A DNA stretch of 64,000 nt from Lachnospiraceae bacterium (GCA_017440045.1 JAFSIA010000011.1:96-64095); one strand, 5' to 3'. Positions 18,924 through 28,025 are shown, numbered from the stretch's first letter. Notes: generated from the letters alone by a model not told the origin. A program made the numbers and translations.

Positions 18924-20491
18924 TAAAAATCTTCCTCTTCAATATTATCAATATTAATCTTTTTTCTTATTTCTACAAAATGGTCCTCGAAATGCTGTCC
19001 ACTTTCAAGTAACTTTACATCAAGCTTCACTGACTTTCCGATTACATCCGAAATAGCGTTTTCAATATCAGCTACTGTATCCGGTCTACTTATGGCGCCA
19101 AAGTTAACTCCCTCAGTAAAGACTATGGATAATCTGTTATCACCTGTAGCTGTCAGCTTTCCTTCTGAAATGCTGGCCCTGACTAATGGTCCAAGCTTCA
19201 TAACAACCTTATCCCAATTGTTAACAGCCTGCTGTATCTCTTCCGTAACTGCTGGTTCCAGCACCTTTCTAACAGGTCTCTCCGGTTCTCTGGCTGCTCC
19301 ATTAGTTGCTGCCTCAGGCATCATCTTTACCGGAACACCATCCTTAACCTTTTTTTCAAGGTCACTTATTCTGTTAACAAGAGAGCCTAAATCGTTTTCC
19401 ATTGCCGGTTTTGTAAGCTTTATGAATGCCACTTCCACAAGAACTCTCTTCCCTGTAGCATATCTGATTTGGTTTCCAAGCTCCGACATAACCCTTATAT
19501 ATCTCATAAGAGTTTCCAGCTCTACCATTTTTGCTTCTTCCTTCAATGCCGCCAATCTCTCAGCGGACATATCCAGCATTTCCTCTGCTGTATCTGAGCT
19601 TTTCACCAGCATAAGATTCCTTAAATACCATGTAAAATCTGTGACAAACTGCGCCAAATCTCTGCCTAGCAATATAATCTCATCAAGCTTATTTACACAG
19701 CCCAAGGTATCTCCGTCAATTATCAGTCTTAGCATCTGACTAAACACTTCCGTGTCGACTGCTCCCAAAACCTCCAGCACATTTTCATAGGTCAGCTTCT
19801 GGCCCATATAAAATGATATACATTGGTCCAGAAGACTCAAGGCATCTCTCATAGCTCCATCTGCCACTTTTGCTATATACTTAAGAGCCTTTTCCTCCAC
19901 CTCTATAGATTCTCTCTCCGTCAGTTCTTTCAATCTGTCAGTTATAGTTTCTACTGTGATTCTCTTAAAATCATATCTCTGACATCTGGAGAGTATTGTA
20001 ACAGGTATCTTATGCGCCTCTGTTGTGGCTAAGATGAACATAACATATGATGGCGGCTCCTCCAATGTCTTTAACAGGGCATTAAATGCTCCAATAGACA
20101 GCATATGAACCTCGTCGATTATATACACGCGGTACTTGCCCTCTGTAGGCGAATACTGCACCTCATCTCTAATCTCACGAATATTATCTACACCATTGTT
20201 TGATGCAGCATCAATCTCCACCACATTCATGGATGCTCCCGCACTAATAGCCTTGCACATAGCACACTGATTACATGGTCCACCATCTACAGGACTTTCG
20301 CAGTTTACTGCCTTCGCCAATATCTTGGCGATTGTTGTTTTTCCTGTACCTCTGGTTCCACAAAACAGATACGCATGTCCAATTCTCTCTGCCTTAATCT
20401 GGTTTTTCAAGGTCGTAACAATATGATCCTGACCCTTAACTTCACCAAATTCACCAGGCCTAAATTTTCTGTAAAGTGCTGTATAAGACAT
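18923..20491 (-). CDS. dnaX: DNA polymerase III subunit gamma/tau
   Basis: 522 aa with Walker A GTRGTGKTT, the zinc module CESPVDGGPCNQCAMC and an SRC motif (TILSRCQRYDF). Confidence 0.95.
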   Translation of the reverse strand: MSYTALYRKFRPGEFGEVKGQDHIVTTLKNQIKAERIGHAYLFCGTRGTGKTTIAKILAKAVNCESPVDGGPCNQCAMCKAISAGASMNVVEIDAASNNGVDNIREIRDEVQYSPTEGKYRVYIIDEVHMLSIGAFNALLKTLEEPPSYVMFILATTEAHKIPVTILSRCQRYDFKRITVETITDRLKELTERESIEVEEKALKYIAKVADGAMRDALSLLDQCISFYMGQKLTYENVLEVLGAVDTEVFSQMLRLIIDGDTLGCVNKLDEIILLGRDLAQFVTDFTWYLRNLMLVKSSDTAEEMLDMSAERLAALKEEAKMVELETLMRYIRVMSELGNQIRYATGKRVLVEVAFIKLTKPAMENDLGSLVNRISDLEKKVKDGVPVKMMPEAATNGAAREPERPVRKVLEPAVTEEIQQAVNNWDKVVMKLGPLVRASISEGKLTATGDNRLSIVFTEGVNFGAISRPDTVADIENAISDVIGKSVKLDVKLLESGQHFEDHFVEIRKKINIDNIEEEDF

Positions 20492-20597
20492 CCTAACGCC
20501 ATTCCTTTCTCAACCTGTGTGCAAAGCACACACCACTCTATATTATACACCAAAGCCGCCTCATACTCAAGGAACATTTTTCGCGCTTCTCATAGAT

Positions 20598-20643
20598 AAG
20601 TAAAGCGCCTATAAGTTATATATAACCTATAGGCGCTTTACTT
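20598..20643. terminator. 16-bp perfect-stem hairpin downstream of the 168-aa gene
   Basis: aagtaaagcgcctata (20598-20613) pairs with tataggcgctttactt (20628-20643). The flanking T-runs are weak. Confidence 0.5.
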
Positions 20644-20650
20644 ATTTTAT

Positions 20651-21157
20651 CTACTTTCTAACATGATACCAATCATCATCTGCCCTCTTTACATCTACAT
20701 CATAATCCTCTTTCTTTATTCCCGAAACATCCTCAGGTTTCCCATCTGGAGAATATGTAAGCGAACTATAAAGTCCATCCATTACAAAAGATATTCTATT
20801 ACCTGTAATTCTAATATAGTAAAGATGTTTTTCAGGAAAAGCATTATTACATACTGTTTCTAAAGCGTCTTCGACTTCATTTGAACACTCCAATATATGT
20901 TGTGTATCACAATCTTCAAAATAATGCAGATTATTTTCCTTATCATACCCCACCCATAATCCTTTATTCTCTTCGTTTGGATACATTTCTGCTATATAAT
21001 CTTTTACTATATTAAATTCTTTTGCATATTCTTCATATTTTGCCGCCACATTCCAGTGAAAAATATCATACATATACCACACAGAATATATGACTATAGA
21101 ACACAATATAAATAATATAATTATATGTGGTTGCATTATCTTTTTTAAAATTTTCAT
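20651..21157 (-). CDS. hypothetical membrane-anchored protein (168 aa)
   Basis: N-terminal TM helix (HIIILFILCSIVIYSVWYMY). A GGGGGGAGAA Shine-Dalgarno-like sequence precedes the ATG. I recognise no domain. Confidence 0.6.
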   Translation of the reverse strand: MKILKKIMQPHIIILFILCSIVIYSVWYMYDIFHWNVAAKYEEYAKEFNIVKDYIAEMYPNEENKGLWVGYDKENNLHYFEDCDTQHILECSNEVEDALETVCNNAFPEKHLYYIRITGNRISFVMDGLYSSLTYSPDGKPEDVSGIKKEDYDVDVKRADDDWYHVRK

Positions 21158-21314
21158 CTTTTCTCCCCCCTAATATGTTTCTATTGATAAGATTTTTACT
21201 TTTTCAAGTAAATTCCCTATCAACTACGCTTTCCCCTGATTAAATATATCCATTTAATCATTTTATATATAATATTCACATCACTTGTAAATACAATATA
21301 TCATCCTTATACGC

Positions 21315-21344
21315 AAAAAAGTTGCAATGAATACTCACTGCAAC
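21315..21344 (-). terminator. orphan Rho-independent terminator-like hairpin (minus strand) in the 450-nt pfkA upstream region
   Basis: On the minus strand: gttgcagtgagtattcattgcaac followed by tttttt. No annotated minus-strand gene ends here. Confidence 0.45.
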
Positions 21345-21553
21345 CGAACTATCATAGTAACTTCATAAAGAAGAACCTTAGACTCCAAGTTTTGCGCCAT
21401 TACATTTCTGTAATTATGCCCGTTTATTTCACAAACAAATTAATTCATTTACATTTTACCTTATATTCTTAAATATGTCAATTTTCATTGTCCCTTATTG
21501 GTTATCCATAGTGAACACACATACCGAATTGTCTGCCACGTGCAAAATGTTCC

Positions 21554-21582
21554 TTGAATAGTAAGTGCTGCTTTGGTATAAT
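21554..21582 (+). promoter_or_regulatory. sigma-A type promoter of pfkA
   Basis: TTGAAT (21554-21559), a 17-nt spacer, then an extended -10 TGgTATAAT (TATAAT at 21577-21582). Confidence 0.6.
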
Positions 21583-21627
21583 ATGTCTAACAGTTTTTGT
21601 GAATAATTGAAAAGTGAGGTAAATGAA

Positions 21628-22698
21628 ATGAGAGTAGGAATTCTTACTAGTGGTGGCGACTGCCAGAGCTTAAATGCCACAATGAGAGGTGTTGCTAAGA
21701 CTCTTTACAACAAGGTAAAGAATGTTGAAATTATTGGTTTCATCGAGGGCTACAAGGGTCTTATGTATGAGAATTATAAGGTTATGAGTCCGGCAGATTT
21801 TTCCGGAATACTTACAGAGGGTGGAACTATCATAGGAACATCAAGACAGCCTTTTAAGCTTATGAGAACACCGGATGCAGATGGAAATGACAAGGTCGAA
21901 CTGATGAAAAAGACATACAAGAAATTAAAGCTTGAATGTCTCGTAGTACTTGGTGGTAACGGTTCACAGAAAACAGCCAATCTCTTACGAGAAGAGGGTT
22001 TAAATGTGGTATCGCTTCCAAAGACTATTGATAATGATTTATATGGTACAAGCATGACATTTGGTTTCCAGAGTGCTGTAAATATTGCCTCTGATGCCAT
22101 TGACTGTATCCATACAACAGCAGCCAGCCATGGACGTGTATTTATCGTTGAAGTAATGGGTCACAAGGTAGGATGGCTCACATTACACGCAGGTATTGCT
22201 TCAGGTGCTGATATTATCCTTATCCCAGAGATACCATACGATATTGATAAGGTTGTCGCTGCCATAAAGAAGAGAACAAAAGAAGGAAAGAGATTCTCAA
22301 TCTTAGCAGTTGCTGAAGGAGCGATTTCAAAAGAGGATGCAAAGCTTAGCAAAAAGGAATATAAAGCCAAGTTAGCTGCTTCTCCTTATCCTTCTGTTTC
22401 ATACGAAATCGGAAAGCGCATCGAGGAAAAGACTGGTCAGGAAATCAGAGTGACAATCCCAGGACATACACAGAGAGGTGGAAGTCCGTGTCCATACGAT
22501 AGAGTTCTCTCTTCAAGATTTGGTGCTGCTGCCGCTCAGATGATTATTGAAAAGGATTACGGAAAAATGGTTGGTATGAAGCATGATGAAATCATACGTA
22601 TTCCACTTGAGGAAGTAGCCGGAAAGCTTAAGATGGTTGATCCAAATAATTCAATTATAGCGGAAGCTAAAGCTCTCGGAATCAGTTTCGGTGACTAA
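21628..22698 (+). CDS. pfkA: 6-phosphofructokinase (PfkA family)
   Basis: The ATG at 21628 follows AAGTGAGGT. Motifs are MRVGILTSGGDCQSLNA, PKTIDND and PGHTQRGGSP. The GGDGS motif reads GGNGS. Confidence 0.9.
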   Translation: MRVGILTSGGDCQSLNATMRGVAKTLYNKVKNVEIIGFIEGYKGLMYENYKVMSPADFSGILTEGGTIIGTSRQPFKLMRTPDADGNDKVELMKKTYKKLKLECLVVLGGNGSQKTANLLREEGLNVVSLPKTIDNDLYGTSMTFGFQSAVNIASDAIDCIHTTAASHGRVFIVEVMGHKVGWLTLHAGIASGADIILIPEIPYDIDKVVAAIKKRTKEGKRFSILAVAEGAISKEDAKLSKKEYKAKLAASPYPSVSYEIGKRIEEKTGQEIRVTIPGHTQRGGSPCPYDRVLSSRFGAAAAQMIIEKDYGKMVGMKHDEIIRIPLEEVAGKLKMVDPNNSIIAEAKALGISFGD

Positions 22699-22733
22699 GA
22701 AAACACCTACAAATTTAATGATTAGAGTAAACA

Positions 22734-22770
22734 AAGATGCCAGGATTTGAGTCCTGGCATCTTCTTTATA
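22734..22770. terminator. bidirectional terminator between convergent pfkA and the adhesin gene
   Basis: aagatgccagga (22734-22745) pairs with tcctggcatctt (22752-22763), with T-rich or A-rich flanks. Confidence 0.75.
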
Positions 22771-22780
22771 TTCATTTTAA

Positions 22781-25700
22781 TTATTCATTTACCTGCATCT
22801 TCTTTATGTAAGCTGATACTAAAGCTGCAACTGCTGCTAAAAGTAAAATTGTTACATATGTTGATACGTTTGAGCTGTCTCCTGAATCTGTGCCTGATGC
22901 AAATGGAATATCCATCTCTACATCTTCCTCTTCTTCTGGCTGTGCATCCGTCTCTGGCTCTGCGTCTGTTTCTGGCTCTACTGGAGCAAATGGAACGTCA
23001 ATTTCTACATCCTCTTCTGGCTCTTCATCTGTCTCTGGCTGAGATGGAACGATTGGCTCTGATGGTGCAAGTGGAATCTCTGGAATGATTTCCTCTTCCT
23101 CGATAACGATTTCTGCTGTCTTACCAACGATTGTTACGTCTGCTGTTACCTTAGAAACATCTCCTGACTCTACTCTCCATCCTGAGAATGAGAAGCCTCC
23201 TGCTGGGTTGTATACTACGTCATCCACATTTACTACTGTACCATAAGGAACTACAGATGATGTATACTCTACACCGTCAACAAAATATGTTACTGTGTAT
23301 GTTAACTGATTATATACTACATTGATTACTACGTCCTCACATGGCATTGTTCCTGAAACTACTGCCTGTGCGTCATCATTTAACTCATAGCCTTCCATTA
23401 CTGGCGACTCATAAATATATCCTTCAAATGCATCTACAACTGTCTCTACTGAATCTACAAGTGCATTTCCTTCACTATCAACATAATTGATTGTAAGGTT
23501 GTACTGCTGTACTGTTAATGTTCCCTCTAATGTAATATCTGTTGTTACATTTGATACATCTCCCTCGCCTGCTACTGCAAATCCAGAGAAATCATAGCCT
23601 GCAGGTACTTCATACTCGTACGCACTAGCTGCGCTGCCGTATGGGATACCTGTCTCAACATTTACTACTTCACCATCTACTGCATATGTTACTGTAAATG
23701 TCTTAACTTCTGTAGCTCCAACGATTACTACATCTGATGTTACATTGTCCATATCTCCGTATGCTACTGTCCACTCTACAAAATTATCAGAATCCTTGAG
23801 GTCATCTGCCTCTGGAGCACCGATTAATTCTAATGCTGAACCATACTCTACTACCTGTGTCTCACCATACTGCTCATCATATAAGTAGTATGTTACATTA
23901 AATACCTTTGTTGAAATCTGTCCGCTTACTACAATATCAGATGTTACTGTTACTACATTGCTTGCACTTCTTGCCATAAGAGACCATCCTGAGAACTCTA
24001 CTGACTGGTCAAGCTCCATATAATCGTTAATATCTACGCTGTTGATATCAAACTCTGTTCCGTATGGAACTTCAATTGTATCTACTGTTGATGCGTTACC
24101 ATCTTTATCATATACAACGTATGTAATATCAAAATACTGTAAATCATACTCAACTGTTACTGTTACATTGCCATATGGCATTGTGCCTGCTACTACATTT
24201 GCAGAACCTTCTGCTAAGTCATATCCCTCGATTACTGGTGACTCTACGCTGTACTCTGTTGTTGCTGCAACCTGCTCTGTCACTGTCTTTGCAATTGTCT
24301 CGCCTGTAGCTGCATCTACATAATTTACTGTTAATGTATACTTCTGGTTAGCGATGATACCATCTACATGCCATCCATCACTCTCTGACTTAATTACATA
24401 CCACTTAATTGTCTCGCCATCCTTAAGCTGGATTCCGAAATCTTCTGCTGAAGGTGCATCTACTAATCTCTCTGCAACTAATGCATCATTGTTTGCCACC
24501 TTCTCAAACTTGCTGATTGTACCAGCTACACCCTTTGAATAATTAGCAGAAGGGTAGCTTGCAAGCTCGCTTGGCTGCTCTAAATCTCTGTTAAGTACAT
24601 AGTACATAACCTTAACCTGATTTGCCTTGTATGAAGCTGTAAATGTCATATCCTCTGTAACACTTACTAAATCATCTGTTGTGTAATCACCGTCTGCTAC
24701 CCACTTATCAAATGAGTACTTTGTCCAAGATGCAGCTGTTGCACCTGTCTCATCTTCAATCTTTAAGTCAGCCTTCTTTGGAGCAGCTTCCTCATCAGCC
24801 TGAGCACCATACTCATAAACCTTCTCTGAAATTACTGTTCCATCTTCTGCCTTAAATGTTACTGTAAATGTCTTAACCTGTGTTGTTGCTTCGATAACAA
24901 CATCTGATGTTATCTCGTTTGCATTACCCTCTGTTACTGACCAGTTCTTAGCGAACTCCTTATTCTCTGGAAGAGTATATCCATCATACTCTACTGCTAC
25001 TGATGAACCGTACTCAACAAATTTTTCCTCGTATACAGTTACGCCATCTACCTTATATGTTACTGTAAATGTCTTAACCTCTGTGCTACCATTGATTGTC
25101 ATATCAGACTTAACTGTCACTGACTCTTCGTCCCAGCCTAAAAATGTCTTATTTACATCTGGTGTGTACTCAACCTTTGACAAATCAATTACTGTTCCAT
25201 AGTCAACTGTCTCTGTCTTAACTGTCTCTCCATCTACTTTATATGTTACTGTAAATGTCTTTGTAGAAGTTGTTGCTGTGATTACCACATCCTTGTCTAC
25301 TGACTGAAGATTTGCATCTATTGTCTCTACTGTCCAACCTGAGAACTCCTTGCTCTCATCTTCTACTGCATATATATATGAATCAAAATCAGAGATATCT
25401 GTTCCGGCTTTAACTGTCTTTGTACAAACAGTGTTGCCATCTACCTTATATGTAATTGTGTATTCTGGAATAGCTGAATATACAGCAACGAACTCAAGTC
25501 CGCCTTCCACCATTGCTACCTTATCCCCTGCCTGATAAAGCTTGTCTGAATCATCACCTACAAGATCCCATCCATCGAATGTAAATCCTTCCTTTGCTGG
25601 AGCTTCCTTAACTGTTACGCCAGCCTCTACCTCGTATGAATACTCGTCTGTAACCTTTGTGTAATCCTCATCTACACTGTACTTTACATTAAGGAAAAGC

Positions 25701-26344
25701 TCTGCGATTTCCTCATATGTAAGCTTTATATCAATACCTGTGTTATCATCACAGTTATTTTTCGCACACCACTTATAGAAGCTGTATCCTGAATTCTTGT
25801 AGTTTGGTACATCATATATATCAAACTCAACTTCCTTCTCGTCAACTCCGTTTGTAAGAGTTGCCTTTACATGGAATACTGTATCTGTTGTAAACTTGTA
25901 ATTGTGGCTAGATATATATTCCCAACCATTTTTCTGGCTCTTAGTTCTGCCTGTATAATTTACAGAATTTTCAACAGCTGTCTTAGTTGTTGTTGTTCCA
26001 TAATTTGTTGTACCATAATCTTTACCGAAAATGAAAAAGCCATGCCATCCATCGCATTCATTATCATCACATTCATTGCAATGCTCACCATCACAATCGT
26101 CATCACCACAGTGATTACATACTGTAACTTCCATGTATGTCTTATATGTAACTACTGGCTTCTTCTCAAGATAATAGCCACCATTTTCATCTGCATTCTC
26201 TGTCTCAATAGCAATGTCCATATGAGTATATGTTTCATTATTATTGTTGTTATAATTTGGTCTTGCAAATGCTGTTGTCATTGTGCTAAGAACTGTAACC
26301 ATTGCAATAAATACTGCAAGAGTTCTCTTTAACTTTCCTTTCAT
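22781..26344 (-). CDS. 1187-aa cell-surface adhesin-like protein: signal peptide, Cys/His/Asp-rich insert, ~8-9 B-repeat (Listeria-Bacteroides repeat-like) modules, two MucBP-like modules, acidic Pro-rich spacer, C-terminal TM anchor
   Basis: The ATG at 26344 follows AAGGAGGAT. The signal peptide is MKGKLKRTLAVFIAMVTVLSTMTTAFA. KTFTVTYKVDG-type modules recur. MucBP-like units are YTLTVNYVD...ESPVIEGYDL and YNLTINYVD...ESPVMEGYEL. The C-terminus is YVTILLLAAVAALVSAYIKKMQ. Confidence 0.85.
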   Translation of the reverse strand: MKGKLKRTLAVFIAMVTVLSTMTTAFARPNYNNNNNETYTHMDIAIETENADENGGYYLEKKPVVTYKTYMEVTVCNHCGDDDCDGEHCNECDDNECDGWHGFFIFGKDYGTTNYGTTTTKTAVENSVNYTGRTKSQKNGWEYISSHNYKFTTDTVFHVKATLTNGVDEKEVEFDIYDVPNYKNSGYSFYKWCAKNNCDDNTGIDIKLTYEEIAELFLNVKYSVDEDYTKVTDEYSYEVEAGVTVKEAPAKEGFTFDGWDLVGDDSDKLYQAGDKVAMVEGGLEFVAVYSAIPEYTITYKVDGNTVCTKTVKAGTDISDFDSYIYAVEDESKEFSGWTVETIDANLQSVDKDVVITATTSTKTFTVTYKVDGETVKTETVDYGTVIDLSKVEYTPDVNKTFLGWDEESVTVKSDMTINGSTEVKTFTVTYKVDGVTVYEEKFVEYGSSVAVEYDGYTLPENKEFAKNWSVTEGNANEITSDVVIEATTQVKTFTVTFKAEDGTVISEKVYEYGAQADEEAAPKKADLKIEDETGATAASWTKYSFDKWVADGDYTTDDLVSVTEDMTFTASYKANQVKVMYYVLNRDLEQPSELASYPSANYSKGVAGTISKFEKVANNDALVAERLVDAPSAEDFGIQLKDGETIKWYVIKSESDGWHVDGIIANQKYTLTVNYVDAATGETIAKTVTEQVAATTEYSVESPVIEGYDLAEGSANVVAGTMPYGNVTVTVEYDLQYFDITYVVYDKDGNASTVDTIEVPYGTEFDINSVDINDYMELDQSVEFSGWSLMARSASNVVTVTSDIVVSGQISTKVFNVTYYLYDEQYGETQVVEYGSALELIGAPEADDLKDSDNFVEWTVAYGDMDNVTSDVVIVGATEVKTFTVTYAVDGEVVNVETGIPYGSAASAYEYEVPAGYDFSGFAVAGEGDVSNVTTDITLEGTLTVQQYNLTINYVDSEGNALVDSVETVVDAFEGYIYESPVMEGYELNDDAQAVVSGTMPCEDVVINVVYNQLTYTVTYFVDGVEYTSSVVPYGTVVNVDDVVYNPAGGFSFSGWRVESGDVSKVTADVTIVGKTAEIVIEEEEIIPEIPLAPSEPIVPSQPETDEEPEEDVEIDVPFAPVEPETDAEPETDAQPEEEEDVEMDIPFASGTDSGDSSNVSTYVTILLLAAVAALVSAYIKKMQVNE

Positions 26345-26584
26345 TGTGTAATCCTCCTTGTCTCTGACATCTCTGAAATATTTTATCTGATTTACATCCT
26401 TATCATACAAAATAACTTCAATACCACCCACCCCACTTTAGGGGTATTTTTCCAAACCCCTTTCCCCCCTCCTTTTTCAAATTAGGGGGGAGACTTTCGT
26501 ATTTCTGATAACAAAAAGTACATCTCTAAACACCAGATTTTCCGGCATTTAAAGATGTACTTTAAAAAATGTATTATTTTTTTT

Positions 26585-26849
26585 ACCACGCATCTACCGT
26601 TGTGCACTGCTCACAGACGTTACTAATGCAGTTAACTCAGCCCCGGTAACCTTACGGCACATGAAAGGTCTCTCTTAGTGCTGCTCCATTCCTGACCTGA
26701 CACGGTTCGAAAGTTTCCATTGCGCAAGACCAAGGCTTCAACGCCTCTTACAAAAGGCAGCTCTACAAGCAAATGCCCGAAGGTAGATATCACCCCTGCT
26801 AAAGCGGATTGCAGGTACAGGACACCGCTAACTTCCCAGCTGCGTGGAG
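26585..26849 (-). ncRNA. ffs: signal recognition particle RNA (long, Bacillus-type scRNA)
   Basis: The minus strand contains the domain IV sequence GUCAGGUCAGGAAUGGAGCAGCACUAAG. The 5' CCACGCA pairs with the 3' UGCGUGG. It has a consensus promoter and lies next to tadA, as in B. subtilis. Confidence 0.9.
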
Positions 26850-26854
26850 ATTTC

Positions 26855-26883
26855 ATTATATATGAATAACTCGTTTATGTCAA
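26855..26883 (-). promoter_or_regulatory. consensus sigma-A promoter of the SRP RNA
   Basis: On the minus strand: TTGACA (26878-26883), a 17-nt spacer, then TATAAT (26855-26860). Confidence 0.8.
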
Positions 26884-26932
26884 CCTCACTTCTATAGTTC
26901 TTACAGCATTCTTCCGACTTTTTTCTCCTTTT

Positions 26933-27424
26933 TTATGACTCTTCCTTATTTTCTACTTTAAGCTGCTTTTTCCTTTCACGCATTTCTTTAAAGTAGTTTG
27001 TCAGCATACTGGCACATTTGTCATGTAGTACATCTGTTTCAAACTCTACCTGATGGTTGAATTGAGGCACATTGAGCAAATTCAATATAGACCCCGCACA
27101 GCCAGCCTTTGGATTCATACATCCAGAATACACTTTTTTTATTCTGGATTGTACTATGGCTCCTGCGCACATTTGACATGGCTCTAATGTAACATACATC
27201 TCGCAGTTATCTAATCTCCAGTCTCCCAGCTTCTTAGACGCTTTTTTTATGGCATTTAACTCGGCGTGAGAGAGAGTATTTTTATCTGTCACCCTTCTAT
27301 TGTAGCCTCGTCCTATTATTTTATCTTCGTAAACTATGACACAGCCAATTGGCACTTCGCCTAGCTGATATGCCTTCTTTGCCTGCTTTATTGCCTCTGC
27401 CATATATTTTTCTTCTCTAGTCAT
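26933..27424 (-). CDS. tadA: tRNA-specific adenosine deaminase
   Basis: 163 aa with HAELNAI and PCQMCAGAI motifs. Confidence 0.92.
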   Translation of the reverse strand: MTREEKYMAEAIKQAKKAYQLGEVPIGCVIVYEDKIIGRGYNRRVTDKNTLSHAELNAIKKASKKLGDWRLDNCEMYVTLEPCQMCAGAIVQSRIKKVYSGCMNPKAGCAGSILNLLNVPQFNHQVEFETDVLHDKCASMLTNYFKEMRERKKQLKVENKEES

Positions 27425-27450
27425 CCTACCTCCAAGGTGGTATCATCTGA

Positions 27451-28005
27451 TTACTCTTCATAAGGATTAAGCAAGCCATATAATCTGTGACTTGTCCAGA
27501 CTCCATTAACCTTTATATTTTTTTCAAGATACCCTTCCATTGTAAATCCCACAGCCTCCAAAAGCTGTATTGATGAAAAATTATCTTCCATAACATAAGC
27601 CATAAGTCGATGCAGCTTAAGCTGCCCAAATACTTCCTCTATGACAGCTCTCAATGCTTCCCTGGCATATCCTTTATGCCAATAATCCTCATCAAACTTG
27701 TAGCCGATGGTGCCACAACAATACGGCTCCCCAGTAATACTTCCACAGGATACTGTCCCTATAATCACATCAGGATTATCCTTTAGAAAAACATAATACC
27801 TTACATATCTGTCACTGAGAGTTGCTGCATATTCCTGAGACAATGTACTCTTCTGATAAAGCTCCGTATAATATAAAGGAACCTTCTCCATCTCATATTT
27901 TTCAAAAATATCTTTTCCCTTTTCAAGGAAGTTTAATACAGGGCGCCAGTGACTTTCGTCAAGCGCCCTTAATATTAACCTATCCGTTTCAATCAATGTC
28001 TTCAT
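27451..28005 (-). CDS. GNAT family N-acetyltransferase (RimJ/RimL-like)
   Basis: 184 aa beginning TDRLILR, with the acetyl-CoA binding region W.KGYAREAL. Confidence 0.75.
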   Translation of the reverse strand: MKTLIETDRLILRALDESHWRPVLNFLEKGKDIFEKYEMEKVPLYYTELYQKSTLSQEYAATLSDRYVRYYVFLKDNPDVIIGTVSCGSITGEPYCCGTIGYKFDEDYWHKGYAREALRAVIEEVFGQLKLHRLMAYVMEDNFSSIQLLEAVGFTMEGYLEKNIKVNGVWTSHRLYGLLNPYEE

Positions 28006-28025
28006 AGCTTTTAACTATATTCTTT

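Noticed and set aside
21158-21175. The 13-nt string ATTAGGGGGGAGA is shared between the RBS region of the 168-aa gene (minus strand) and 26481-26493 (plus strand).
   Set aside because: The second copy has no start codon at a suitable distance and no downstream plus-strand ORF. It is most likely coincidental.
21495-21680. 61-aa minus-strand ORF overlapping the pfkA start.
   Set aside because: It has no ribosome-binding site, overlaps the pfkA promoter and start, and its product has no recognisable protein features.
26425-26492. G-quadruplex on the adhesin sense strand.
   Set aside because: The G-runs are separated by a loop of more than 20 nt, so no canonical four-run G3+N1-7 motif is formed. 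Simple hairpins explain the pairing potential.
26632-26856. 74-aa minus-strand ORF.
   Set aside because: It lies entirely within the SRP RNA, whose domain IV sequence, terminal helix and consensus promoter are all recognisable. The ORF is a by-product.
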